Shown here: piece after piece, positions 9,884 to 19,929 of the stretch
Position numbering within the stretch: the stretch's first letter is position 1
How the letters are laid out: each line of letters begins with the position of its first letter
IMG/VR virus record: IMGVR_UViG_2872198387_000003
Source: a virus
Taxonomy: Duplodnaviria; Heunggongvirae; Uroviricota; Caudoviricetes
Length of the DNA stretch: 30,004 bases
Direction: 5' to 3' (one strand)
The notes under the pieces: model-generated
Seen by the model: the letters and a program-made list of their open reading frames with translations, nothing else
The model's database searches: none
What the model was told of the DNA's origin: nothing
Translations under genes and position numbers: made by a program

Positions 9884-10159
9884 ATGATTACCAGTTATGA
9901 AGCCACTGTTGTAACTACTGATGACATTGTTCACGAGGTTAATCTGGAAGGAAAGCGTATTGGCTACGTGATTAAGACAGAAAATAAAGAAACCCCATTC
10001 ACTGTGGTTGATATCGACGGTCCATCAGGCAACGTTAAAACACTTAACGATGGTGTAAAAAAAATGTGTCTGGTGCACATAGGAAAGAATCTGCCCGCAG
10101 AAAAAAAAGCCGAATTTCTGGCAACTCTGATTGCAATGAAATTAAAAGGTGAAATCTGA
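9884..10159 (+). CDS. Hypothetical protein, 91 aa
   Basis: AAGGAG RBS 7 nt before ATG at 9884 (MITSYEATVV...). Confidence 0.5.
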   Translation: MITSYEATVVTTDDIVHEVNLEGKRIGYVIKTENKETPFTVVDIDGPSGNVKTLNDGVKKMCLVHIGKNLPAEKKAEFLATLIAMKLKGEI

Positions 10160-10169
10160 AAAAAAGAAA

Positions 10170-10188
10170 GCCTGCACACTGTGCAGGC
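10170..10188 (-). terminator. Hairpin GCCTGCACA-C-TGTGCAGGC with the T-tract on the minus strand only (intrinsic-terminator geometry for leftward transcription)
   Basis: Perfect inverted repeat; plus strand has an A-run before it and no T-run after. Confidence 0.3.
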
Positions 10189-10258
10189 CTGAATGAAGAA
10201 CCTGGGACATTTATTCATCACTCGCAGTAATTTTAATCTGAGTTGAGGTTAAAAAACA

Positions 10259-11683
10259 ATGAACACCGATAAACAAGTTTACCCACTGTATTACGAAGCA
10301 AAAAATGACAAAGTAAGAAAACGTCTCGGTATTAAAGGCGGTTTTTACTGGGCTGAAGCGAAAAAATTATCCATTGCCATCTCCCGTGGTGCTGTTGCGA
10401 TTGACGATGCAGGCTACGATGAAGATGACTTTAAAAAACCTGTTCGCGTCAATTTGCCCGTTGTTGATGACCTCCCGCCAGAAGGCGTATTTGATACGGA
10501 ATTCTGCAACCGTTACGAAAAAGGCGGGGAAGATGGCATCACAATGGTATTTATCGCATCTTCTCCCTCTGTTCAGGACAAACCGGCCAGCACTGACAAT
10601 ACCAACGTCAACGGCGAAGACATGACAGAAATTGAGGAGAACATGCTCCTGCCAGTTTCCGGTCAGGAACTGCCCATTCGCTGGCTTGCGCAACACGGCA
10701 GCGAAAAACCAGTAACGCACGTTTCACGCGACGAACTCCAGGCATTACACATTGCTCGGGATGAAGAACTACCAGCTGTTACTGCCCTGGCTGTTTCCCA
10801 CAAAACCAGCCTGCTCGATCCGCTGGAAATTCGCGATCTCCACAAACTGGTGCGTGATACTGACAGAGTTTTCCCTAATCCAGGCAATTCAAGCCTGGGG
10901 CTGATGACTGCTTTTTTCGAAGCATACATGGACGCAGACTACACCGATCGCGGTCTGCTGACAAAAGAGTGGATGAAAGGAAATCGTGTTTCACGCATCA
11001 CGCGCACGGCTTCCGGCGCTAATGCTGGCGGCGGGAACCTCACCGATCGCGGCGAAGGTTTCGTTCACGATCTGACGTCACTGGCGCGCGACGTAGCCAC
11101 TGGCGTACTGGCTCGTTCAATGGACGTGGACATTTATAACCTTCATCCGGCACACGCTAAACGTGTCGAGGAAATTATCGCTGAAAATAAACCGCCCTTT
11201 TCTGTTTTCCGCGACAAATTCATCACCATGCCTGGCGGGATGGATTATTCCCGCGCCATCGTGGTTGCGTCAGTGAAAGAAGCACCGATTGGTATCGAGG
11301 TCATCCCCGCTCACGTCACTGAATATCTGAACAAGGTACTGACTGAAACCGATCATGCCAACCCTGATCCGGAAATCGTGGATATTGCCTGCGGTCGCTC
11401 CTCTGCCCCGATGCCGCAACGTGTAACAGAAGAAGGAAAACAGGATGATGAAGAAAAAACGCAGCCATCTGGCGCAATGGCAGATGAACAGGCAACGGCT
11501 GAAACAATGGAACCGGATGCAACTGAACATCATCAGAACACGCAGCCGCTGGATGCTCAGTCACAGGTAAATTCTGTTGATGAGAAATATCAGGAACTAC
11601 GGGCAGAACTCCATGAAGCCCGGAAAAACATTCCGCCCAAAAATCCTGTCGATGCAGACAAATTACTGGCTGCCTTGAGGTAG
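10259..11683 (+). CDS. Hypothetical protein, 474 aa, acidic C-terminal region; no Walker motif or other family signature recognised
   Basis: Long uninterrupted ORF, same strand as the three small genes upstream. Confidence 0.6.
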   Translation: MNTDKQVYPLYYEAKNDKVRKRLGIKGGFYWAEAKKLSIAISRGAVAIDDAGYDEDDFKKPVRVNLPVVDDLPPEGVFDTEFCNRYEKGGEDGITMVFIASSPSVQDKPASTDNTNVNGEDMTEIEENMLLPVSGQELPIRWLAQHGSEKPVTHVSRDELQALHIARDEELPAVTALAVSHKTSLLDPLEIRDLHKLVRDTDRVFPNPGNSSLGLMTAFFEAYMDADYTDRGLLTKEWMKGNRVSRITRTASGANAGGGNLTDRGEGFVHDLTSLARDVATGVLARSMDVDIYNLHPAHAKRVEEIIAENKPPFSVFRDKFITMPGGMDYSRAIVVASVKEAPIGIEVIPAHVTEYLNKVLTETDHANPDPEIVDIACGRSSAPMPQRVTEEGKQDDEEKTQPSGAMADEQATAETMEPDATEHHQNTQPLDAQSQVNSVDEKYQELRAELHEARKNIPPKNPVDADKLLAALR

Positions 11684-11730
11684 CCTGTGAGGTGTACTGG
11701 CAATAGCGGACACTACCATTTGTTCTTTTT

Positions 11731-12549
11731 TTAAGCAGCCATCTGATGATATTTTTCCCTGAAGGCTGCCGGGGAGATATTCCCCAGACGAGAGTGACGA
11801 CGCTGACGATTGTAGAAAATCTCAATGTATTCCCGTATTACTGAGGTGGCTTCATCCCGGTTATTAAAACGATAGTGGCTCAGGCTCTCATTTTTCAGCG
11901 TTCCCCAGAAGCTTTCCATCGGAGCGTTGTCGTAACAGTTACCTTTACGCGACATTGATGTTTTCAGACCAGACTGCTCCTGTATGACCCGGTAATCGTA
12001 TGCGCAGTACTGTGAACCTCGATCAGAGTGGTGGATTAGCCCGGCAGGTGGGCGCTGGCTCCTGAGCGCCATAAACAGGGCTTTACCTGTCAGCTCTTTT
12101 GTCATGCGCTCTCCCATGGCGTAGCCGACAATTTCACACGTATAAACATCTTTGATGCCAGCGAGGTACAACCATCCCTCCTGTGTGGCAACATACGTCA
12201 GGTCCGCCACCCAGACCTGATTTGGTGCTGTAGGAGCGAACGTCTGGTTCAGCAGATTTGGCGCAACTGGCAGATTGTGGTTCGGGTTCGTAGTCGCTCT
12301 GAACTTGCGTTTCTGCTTACAGCGTAGCCTCAGCTCCTTACGAAGACGTGCCAGTCGGTCACGACCAACGATGATGCCATTCTCTGCCAGCTCCGTCTGG
12401 AGCCGCCGGGTTCCATATGTTTCGCGAGTGCGGATATGTGCCACCTTAATCTCCAGTTTTAGCCGCTCATCACTTTGTTTTCTGTCTGAGGGTTCATGCT
12501 GTACCCAGTTGTAATAACCGCTCCTGGATACACCAAATACCTGACACAT
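11731..12549 (-). CDS. IS600 OrfB (copy 2; one substitution, I to T, relative to the others)
   Basis: 272-aa ORF ...NRDEATSVIREY... versus ...NRDEAISVIREY... Confidence 0.9.
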   Translation of the reverse strand: MCQVFGVSRSGYYNWVQHEPSDRKQSDERLKLEIKVAHIRTRETYGTRRLQTELAENGIIVGRDRLARLRKELRLRCKQKRKFRATTNPNHNLPVAPNLLNQTFAPTAPNQVWVADLTYVATQEGWLYLAGIKDVYTCEIVGYAMGERMTKELTGKALFMALRSQRPPAGLIHHSDRGSQYCAYDYRVIQEQSGLKTSMSRKGNCYDNAPMESFWGTLKNESLSHYRFNNRDEATSVIREYIEIFYNRQRRHSRLGNISPAAFREKYHQMAA

Positions 12550-12584
12550 CGCTTCAATGGGAAATTGTTGTCGCCATTGTTCGA

Positions 12585-12887
12585 TTAACGCGTATTTTTC
12601 AGCGACTCCTGTGCAAAATACGCTGTTGCTTTTTTTAATATATCTCGCTCAAGGCGAGCTTCATTTAACGCCTTACGCAGTTGCAGAATTTCAGATTCCA
12701 GTTCAGCCACCGTGCGGGAACCAGGAGTACCGAGCCCTTTTCTGGCGGCGGTAACCCATTGTCCTAAAGTGCCTTCAGGAAGAGATAATCGGGAAGCGCC
12801 TTCACTGATCGAAAGTTGATTTTCAAGAACCGTTCTGACAGCTTCGGCTTTGAACTCTTTAGAGTAACGTTGGGTTTTTCTGCTCAT
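12585..12887 (-). CDS. IS600 OrfA (copy 2)
   Basis: Identical to the other OrfA copies. Confidence 0.9.
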   Translation of the reverse strand: MSRKTQRYSKEFKAEAVRTVLENQLSISEGASRLSLPEGTLGQWVTAARKGLGTPGSRTVAELESEILQLRKALNEARLERDILKKATAYFAQESLKNTR

Positions 12888-12962
12888 TATTAGCTCCTTC
12901 TGATGCCATTCTATTTCAGGAAGGAGTGTCCGTTAAACTCAGGCTACCTCAGTATTCCCTTA

Positions 12963-13096
12963 GAGTTAATCTTTAATTGGTCTTTAATTAAATCTTTTAT
13001 TTAATACTTAAAGTTAATCTCTAATTGTGTCTTTAAGTTAACTTTAAGTAATACTATAAGTTAATCTTTAATTGTGTCTTTAAGTTAACTTTAAGT
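12963..13096. repeat. About three tandem copies of a ~47-bp unit (AAGTTAATCTYTAATTGTGTCTTTAAGTTAACTTTAAGT), AT-rich with TTAAAG motifs
   Basis: Units at 13011-13049 and 13058-13096 are 38/39 identical; a third degenerate copy at 12964-12987. Confidence 0.7.
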
Positions 13097-13293
13097 TAAG
13101 CCCCTGTAGGGACTAGAGACCATAATTAAGATGATTGTGTCTTATTGCTATTCACTTATCGACTGACCCAGAGCACACAGGAAGCATTCACTTTAAGTAG
13201 AACGCTTGGTGTCTGTAATTGGTCATCCCGCCCCTGAAAGGATGCGATAAGTTACGGTTAGTTGTCCTAGAAGAGAAAACTTTTTGTGTCCCT

Positions 13294-13316
13294 TCTCCCT
13301 ATAGTGAGTCGTATTA
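13294..13316 (-). promoter_or_regulatory. Perfect phage T7 RNA polymerase class III promoter consensus (TAATACGACTCACTATAGGGAGA) reading toward lower coordinates
   Basis: Reverse complement of 13294-13316 is an exact 23/23 match to the T7 consensus -17 to +6; flanking sequence is not a cloning-vector polylinker. Confidence 0.7.
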
Positions 13317-13665
13317 ATTATCCCTTGATAAGTAGAGAAAACTATGAGTCAAAAACATGACCACACAGGTCTGTAGTAAGTGTCATCCTAGACTATGGTC
13401 TCCTCTAGGTCTCCTTATAAACATCAGCCATCACATTGACCAGCCTATCAACCTCGACCTCTTTAGCATAACGGTCGTACGTAATAGACCCTGAACTATG
13501 CCCCATGATCGCCTGTGCATACGCCAACTCGACCCCATGTTGTTTTAACTGGGTCGCAACTGTATGTCTAAACGAGTGAAACGCTATGTAAGTATCCCGC
13601 ATAATCGTGCCATTCACATTTAGAGATCCTCCGGCATACTCAATCTGCCAATTAAGGAGATCGCT

Positions 13666-13932
13666 ATGCGTAAAGCCCGTTTTACTGAGCATCAGATCAT
13701 CGCCGTGATTAAGTCGGTTGAAGCCGGACGAACTGTTAAAGATGTCTGCCGGGAGGCCGGTATCTCTGAAGCCACCTACTACAACTGGAAGTCCAGATAC
13801 GGTGGCATGGAGGCTTCTGATATTAAAAAGATTAAAGAGCTTGAGGACGAGAACCGCCGTCTCAAACAGATGTTTGCCGACCTGAGCCTGGAGAACCGGG
13901 CGCTGAAGGACGTTATCGAAAAAAAGCTTTAA
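13666..13932 (+). CDS. IS3-family OrfA (HTH)
   Basis: MRKARFTEHQIIAVIKSVEAGRTVKDVCREAGISEATYYNWKSRYGGM... ; AAGGAG RBS. Confidence 0.8.
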   Translation: MRKARFTEHQIIAVIKSVEAGRTVKDVCREAGISEATYYNWKSRYGGMEASDIKKIKELEDENRRLKQMFADLSLENRALKDVIEKKL

Positions 13933-14078
13933 AACCAGCCTGTAAGCGTGAGCTGGTCACTCATCTGATAACGACATTCGGACTCAGTATCCGTCAGGCC
14001 TGCCGGAGTCTGAACCTGAGCAGAACGGTTTACCATTACCGCCCGGATACCACGCGTGATGAACCCGTTATTGTCGCG

Positions 14079-14777
14079 TTGCAGGCAGTGGCAGAGCGAT
14101 ACCCACGATACGGTTTTCCGAAACTCTTCCAGGTTCTGCGGCGACAGGGATACCCATGGAATCACAAAAGGATCCACCGTATTTACTGTCTGCTGAAGCT
14201 GAATTTTCGCCGTAAGGGCAAACAACGGTTGCCGGTGCGTAATCCCTCGCCACTGGCCACGTCGGAAGCGCTGAACCAGAGTTGGTCTGTCGATTTTATG
14301 CATGATGCCCTGGTCTGTGGCCGTCGTTTTCGTACGTTCAATGTCGTTGATGACTTTAACCGTGAGGCGTTGTCGATTGAAATCGACCTGAATCTGCCAG
14401 CTCTACGCGTGGTCCGTGTACTCGACAGGATCGCGGCAAACCGTGGCTATCCGGTCAAGCTGCGCATGGATAATGGTCCGGAATTTATCTCCCTGACACT
14501 GGCTGAATGGGCAGAGAAACATGCAGTAAAACTGGAGTTTATCCAGCCGGGTAAGCCGACGCAGAACGCTTTCATTGAGCGCTTTAACCGGACATACCGT
14601 ACAGAAATACTCGATTTTTATCTGTTCAGAACGCTGAATGAAGTGCGGGAAATCACGGAAAAATGGTTGTCAGAATATAACTGTGAACGCCCGCATGAAT
14701 CACTGAACAATATGACGCCAGAGGAATATCGACAACACCATTATTTGGCCGGGATCTCAAAAAATGCCTGGAACTAA
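14079..14777 (+). CDS. IS3-family OrfB (DDE transposase; probably made as an OrfAB fusion by -1 frameshift)
   Basis: 232-aa ORF from the first Met with DDE-core features (...FMHDALVCGRRF..., DNGPEFIS..., FNRTYRTE...). Confidence 0.8.
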   Translation: MQAVAERYPRYGFPKLFQVLRRQGYPWNHKRIHRIYCLLKLNFRRKGKQRLPVRNPSPLATSEALNQSWSVDFMHDALVCGRRFRTFNVVDDFNREALSIEIDLNLPALRVVRVLDRIAANRGYPVKLRMDNGPEFISLTLAEWAEKHAVKLEFIQPGKPTQNAFIERFNRTYRTEILDFYLFRTLNEVREITEKWLSEYNCERPHESLNNMTPEEYRQHHYLAGISKNAWN

Positions 14778-15107
14778 AACGGGTCTATTTACAGCTAAGC
14801 CGCTACGGTCTACGAGGACTTTAGGCAACAACGTCCGATTAAACCATTTACTCACCTGCTCACCGTAACCGTTCTTCATGAGACGCAGACCATCGAACAC
14901 CATAGCGTCATCACCGTCAGCGCCTCTACGGGTCTCTACAAGCGCCATAAAGTCAGCCAATATAAAACCATAGGCCCCATCGACCAGAGGCACACAGCGG
15001 TCACTATGAGCGTTCTTGATGCTCTTACCGGGTAGTGAAGTGGCACACTGAATTTGGCCACCTGAACAGAGGTGATATGCTCACCTCAGAACAACACAGG
15101 TGCTCCA

Positions 15108-16276
<1,169 letters not shown>

Positions 16277-16471
16277 CCACTTCAAGTAGTAGACGCCGTT
16301 ACGCTGGTAGAGATAGTAGACTGCTGGAAGTTTGTGACTACTGGATAGCTGAATCATATGTCTGTATGCCCTGAGAGGGTTACACAGTGGGTTACAGTAA
16401 GTAACTCTGCAAGGAGGCTTAAAGCCGTATCCCTTAGGATTCAGTAGGTTGGAGTACTTTAAGAAAGGTCA

Positions 16472-16546
<75 letters not shown>

Positions 16547-16549
16547 ATA

Positions 16550-16625
<76 letters not shown>

Positions 16626-16627
16626 GC

Positions 16628-16704
16628 TGGCCCACCACCGAGGACTCGAACCTCGCACCGTCAACTTAGAAGGTTGATGCTCTATCCGGATGAGCTAGTG
16701 GTGG
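16628..16704 (-). tRNA. tRNA-Arg (anticodon UCU)
   Basis: Hand-folded: acceptor CCACCAC/GTGGTGG, anticodon loop CUUCUAA, T-loop GGTTCGAGTCC, encoded CCA. Confidence 0.75.
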
Positions 16705-16705
16705 T

Positions 16706-16782
16706 TGGTGGCCCTTGCTGGACTTGAACCAGCGACCTGGCGATTATGAGTCGCTCGCTCTGACCAACTGAGCTAAAGGGCC
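16706..16782 (-). tRNA. tRNA with anticodon CAU (ileX/ileZ-like tRNA-Ile2 or tRNA-Met)
   Basis: GGCCCUU acceptor, anticodon loop CUCAUAA; closely resembles my memory of E. coli ileX. Confidence 0.75.
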
Positions 16783-16791
16783 GGAGGCAGA

Positions 16792-16820
16792 ATAATAACC
16801 ATATGTCATCACATCTGCAA
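16792..16820 (-). promoter_or_regulatory. Predicted sigma70 promoter for the tRNA cluster (-35 TTGCAG, 17-bp spacer, -10 TATTAT)
   Basis: Hexamers read on the minus strand, ending 9 nt before the first tRNA. Confidence 0.4.
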
Positions 16821-16869
16821 ACTCATCTGACCACCAGCGCGTTTAACGCCCTGTGCCATTTTTCAGGCA

Positions 16870-16893
16870 CAAAAAAACCCGCATAAAGCGGGT
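16870..16893 (-). terminator. Intrinsic terminator (hairpin ACCCGC-ATAAA-GCGGGT followed by TTTTTTT on the minus strand) after the ORF6N gene
   Basis: 6-bp GC-rich stem and 7-nt U-tract. Confidence 0.55.
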
Positions 16894-17543
16894 TCTTTCA
16901 AGTGTCCATGTCTGCTATTCGCCTCGCGATACAGCTTTGCGAAGCTTACCGGAATTGAAGCAGTTTATGTGCAAAAATGCAAGAACTTTTTTAAAGCTGC
17001 ATCAACCTTTCCACCAGTTTATCTCTGCGAACAACAAACCAACCATTGGCTCTCGCCAGTTCCAGCCATGACTCAAGGGAAATAACAATATCATCATCCC
17101 GTAACTGAATTGTGGAAACAGTGACACCGCCTCTCTGATAACAGAGAACTCGCGTGTCGTAACTTTTCTGGCATGAAACTGGCGTTGACGGATCCCTTTG
17201 ACTGAAATAGCAGTCTTCCAGTTTTTCGAACACATCCCACGCCTGATCGGTTTCGAGCATTTTGCCGTGGCGTGCTGCGCCTCGTTCTGTCCAGAGGATG
17301 AGGGAGCGGGCTTTGGGTGAAACTGGATTTTGTGAGTAGTTTAAAGCGACCCGCAATTCTTTAAGGTCATTACCAACAACTTTGAAAAAGTGTTTCCCTT
17401 CAACGAAGCGTACTTTGTTCTCATGATGATTCTGGCGAATACGCACCGGCTCAGTGCCGTAAAGCTGCGCCAAAAGTTCGGTGGTAATAACAGGAATCTG
17501 TGAGGTGTACTGGCAATAGCGGACACTACCATTTGTTCTTTTT

Positions 17544-18362
17544 TTAAGCAGCCATCTGATGATATTTTTCCCTGAAGGCTGCCGGGGAGATATTCCCCAG
17601 ACGAGAGTGACGACGCTGACGATTGTAGAAAATCTCAATGTATTCCCGTATTACTGAGATGGCTTCATCCCGGTTATTAAAACGATAGTGGCTCAGGCTC
17701 TCATTTTTCAGCGTTCCCCAGAAGCTTTCCATCGGAGCGTTGTCGTAACAGTTACCTTTACGCGACATTGATGTTTTCAGACCAGACTGCTCCTGTATGA
17801 CCCGGTAATCGTATGCGCAGTACTGTGAACCTCGATCAGAGTGGTGGATTAGCCCGGCAGGTGGGCGCTGGCTCCTGAGCGCCATAAACAGGGCTTTACC
17901 TGTCAGCTCTTTTGTCATGCGCTCTCCCATGGCGTAGCCGACAATTTCACACGTATAAACATCTTTGATGCCAGCGAGGTACAACCATCCCTCCTGTGTG
18001 GCAACATACGTCAGGTCCGCCACCCAGACCTGATTTGGTGCTGTAGGAGCGAACGTCTGGTTCAGCAGATTTGGCGCAACTGGCAGATTGTGGTTCGGGT
18101 TCGTAGTCGCTCTGAACTTGCGTTTCTGCTTACAGCGTAGCCTTAGCTCCTTACGAAGACGTGCCAGTCGGTCACGACCAACGATGATGCCATTCTCTGC
18201 CAGCTCCGTCTGGAGCCGCCGGGTTCCATATGTTTCGCGAGTGCGGATATGTGCCACCTTAATCTCCAGTTTTAGCCGCTCATCACTTTGTTTTCTGTCT
18301 GAGGGTTCATGCTGTACCCAGTTGTAATAACCGCTCCTGGATACACCAAATACCTGACACAT
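17544..18362 (-). CDS. IS600 OrfB (copy 3)
   Basis: Identical to copy 1. Confidence 0.9.
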   Translation of the reverse strand: MCQVFGVSRSGYYNWVQHEPSDRKQSDERLKLEIKVAHIRTRETYGTRRLQTELAENGIIVGRDRLARLRKELRLRCKQKRKFRATTNPNHNLPVAPNLLNQTFAPTAPNQVWVADLTYVATQEGWLYLAGIKDVYTCEIVGYAMGERMTKELTGKALFMALRSQRPPAGLIHHSDRGSQYCAYDYRVIQEQSGLKTSMSRKGNCYDNAPMESFWGTLKNESLSHYRFNNRDEAISVIREYIEIFYNRQRRHSRLGNISPAAFREKYHQMAA

Positions 18363-18397
18363 CGCTTCAATGGGAAATTGTTGTCGCCATTGTTCGA

Positions 18398-18700
18398 TTA
18401 ACGCGTATTTTTCAGCGACTCCTGTGCAAAATACGCTGTTGCTTTTTTTAATATATCTCGCTCAAGGCGAGCTTCATTTAACGCCTTACGCAGTTGCAGA
18501 ATTTCAGATTCCAGTTCAGCCACCGTGCGGGAACCAGGAGTACCGAGCCCTTTTCTGGCGGCGGTAACCCATTGTCCTAAAGTGCCTTCAGGAAGAGATA
18601 ATCGGGAAGCGCCTTCACTGATCGAAAGTTGATTTTCAAGAACCGTTCTGACAGCTTCGGCTTTGAACTCTTTAGAGTAACGTTGGGTTTTTCTGCTCAT
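18398..18700 (-). CDS. IS600 OrfA (copy 3)
   Basis: Identical to the other copies. Confidence 0.9.
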   Translation of the reverse strand: MSRKTQRYSKEFKAEAVRTVLENQLSISEGASRLSLPEGTLGQWVTAARKGLGTPGSRTVAELESEILQLRKALNEARLERDILKKATAYFAQESLKNTR

Positions 18701-18978
18701 TATTAGCTCCTTCTGATGCCATTCTATTTCAGGAAGGAGTGTCCGTTAAACTCAGGCTACCTCACTGGTTATGGGTGATCGGGGAGAGAGTTTCAACAGA
18801 GATTTGAGTGGTCATAACGATAACTCCGTACATTTGGAAATTATCGCCACCGACGACGCCAATCGAACTGGTGGCGAACTGTGCAGGGTTGGCGTAACCG
18901 GGTACGGAAACCGGCGAGCCTTTCGGCTCCCCCACACAGCCCGCCATAAATCGCGAATGTGACTGTGCAAACGATATG

Positions 18979-18999
18979 AAAAAAGACGCGGGCGCGTCT
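18979..18999 (-). terminator. tR'-like intrinsic terminator about 90 bp downstream of the Q-like gene (hairpin AGACGCG...CGCGTCT then TTTTTT on the minus strand)
   Basis: Inverted repeat plus U-tract on the minus strand, in the position where lambdoid phages carry pR'/qut/tR'. Confidence 0.45.
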
Positions 19000-19087
19000 C
19001 ATATCGCTCCGTAAACATCCGGGACGCCAATCCCGACGCCAGATTTTGCTGGCGCGTGAGGAATATAGCCCCGGATAACAGATTGAG

Positions 19088-19642
19088 TCAACAAACGGTT
19101 TTTAGATCCCCGGAAGAGAATGCATCACGCATCGGTAGATAGAGCATATATTCAGCAAGATTTAGCCATACATCTACCCGACTGCAGCACGTCCGGAAAC
19201 ACCACTCAGGGTGTGCGTCATTCAGCAATTCAGCCATTTTACGCTTAGTCATCCCCCGCCCTTCATACCGTTGCCGGAGGACACTAATCAATCCAGGATG
19301 CTCTGCCAGCACCTCACTTATGACTCTATCAATACATAACGCCTCTGCATCAGTACAATGCGCCAGCCAGGTCTTTTGCTTGCCATTGATCATCTCTCGC
19401 AAAAACGCTTCCAGCTCAGGTTTCTCTATTCCCGCTTTTTTCATCCTGCGCAGGGCTTCATTGACGGCTGTTTTCGTCAATTTTTTGGATGCCAGCAACT
19501 GGTTAAACATATTTCCCGTCTTACCGCCGCCAATATACGACCAGCGCCCCCACATGCGCAGTTTTCCCTGAATCCAGACACTTTCCAGCGTGGTGAGACG
19601 AAGGTGTTCCCCGCTTTTGCCTGTATTTGTTGGGTAAATCAT
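19088..19642 (-). CDS. Putative late-gene antiterminator (Q-like) protein, 184 aa from the ATG at 19642
   Basis: Position between the nin-like genes and a downstream terminator; start overlaps the upstream stop (ATGA); Cys-rich C-terminus; the name is contextual only. Confidence 0.45.
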   Translation of the reverse strand: MIYPTNTGKSGEHLRLTTLESVWIQGKLRMWGRWSYIGGGKTGNMFNQLLASKKLTKTAVNEALRRMKKAGIEKPELEAFLREMINGKQKTWLAHCTDAEALCIDRVISEVLAEHPGLISVLRQRYEGRGMTKRKMAELLNDAHPEWCFRTCCSRVDVWLNLAEYMLYLPMRDAFSSGDLKTVC

Positions 19643-19929
19643 AAATAACCTTCCTTTCTCCAGATTTCTTGTGTGCGAAAAACACCTTCTGCATGCATCA
19701 GGCGTAATTCTTCTTTGGTGTAATCGCTGGTTTTTACCCGCCCGTCGATTAAATCGTGGCATGAGCTACAGGCAATCGCTGCCTGCATATCGTGTGGTTT
19801 TGTCGCTGTTCCGCACGTCCCCGCCAGCCTGTAATGCGCCAGCACAGAAGTTTCGGGATTGTGATTGCAGTAGCCAGGAATTCTGACGGTGCACATCTGC
19901 CCCCGCGCCGCTTTACGTAAATCCACCAT
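19639..19929 (-). CDS. Small Cys-rich phage protein (YbcO/DUF1364-like), 96 aa
   Basis: MVDLRKAARGQMCTVRIPGYCNHNPETSVLAHYRL...CSSCHD; start overlaps the upstream stop (TAATG). Confidence 0.4.
   Translation of the reverse strand: MVDLRKAARGQMCTVRIPGYCNHNPETSVLAHYRLAGTCGTATKPHDMQAAIACSSCHDLIDGRVKTSDYTKEELRLMHAEGVFRTQEIWRKEGYL

Larger units (their letters stand above)
11688..12951 (-). mobile_element. IS600 copy 2, 1264 bp, no target-site duplication (flanks CTG / GTA)
   Basis: Same ends as the other copies; flanking triplets differ. Confidence 0.9.
13600..14830 (+). mobile_element. IS3-family element (IS407-group-like) inserted in the integrase gene; boundaries approximate
   Basis: OrfA (88 aa) plus OrfB in the -1 frame with an A-AAA-AAG slippery site near 13921; exact ends not determined. 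Confidence 0.55.
13405..15035 (-). pseudogene. Tyrosine recombinase (phage-type integrase) remnant: C-terminal catalytic part about 13405-13620, middle part about 14810-15035; interrupted by an IS3-family element and cut at its N-terminus by IS911
   Basis: C-terminal ...FHSFRHTVATQL...MGHSSGSITYDRYA... carries the H-x-x-R and catalytic Tyr motifs; the upstream fragment lies in the same orientation beyond the IS. Confidence 0.6.
17501..18764 (-). mobile_element. IS600 copy 3, 1264 bp, 3-bp TSD CTG (17498-17500 and 18765-18767)
   Basis: Same ends as copy 1; perfect flanking direct repeat. Confidence 0.9.
16991..18815 (-). pseudogene. ORF6N/antirepressor-like phage protein split by IS600 copy 3 after codon 17
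   Basis: N-part MTTQISVETLSPITHNQ (RBS GGAG) and C-part IPVITTELLAQLYGTEPVRIRQNHHENKVRFVEGKHFF... are contiguous once IS600 and one CTG copy are removed. Confidence 0.6.

Noticed and set aside
10259-11683. 474-aa protein as a terminase large subunit or portal (size fits; rha lies upstream)
   Set aside because: No Walker A/B ATPase motif or other terminase signature seen in the translation; left as hypothetical.
13294-13316. T7 promoter as cloning-vector contamination
   Set aside because: Flanking sequence does not resemble a vector polylinker or lac operator, and the site is embedded between an integrase gene and phage-end-like repeats. A vector search is still needed to exclude it formally.
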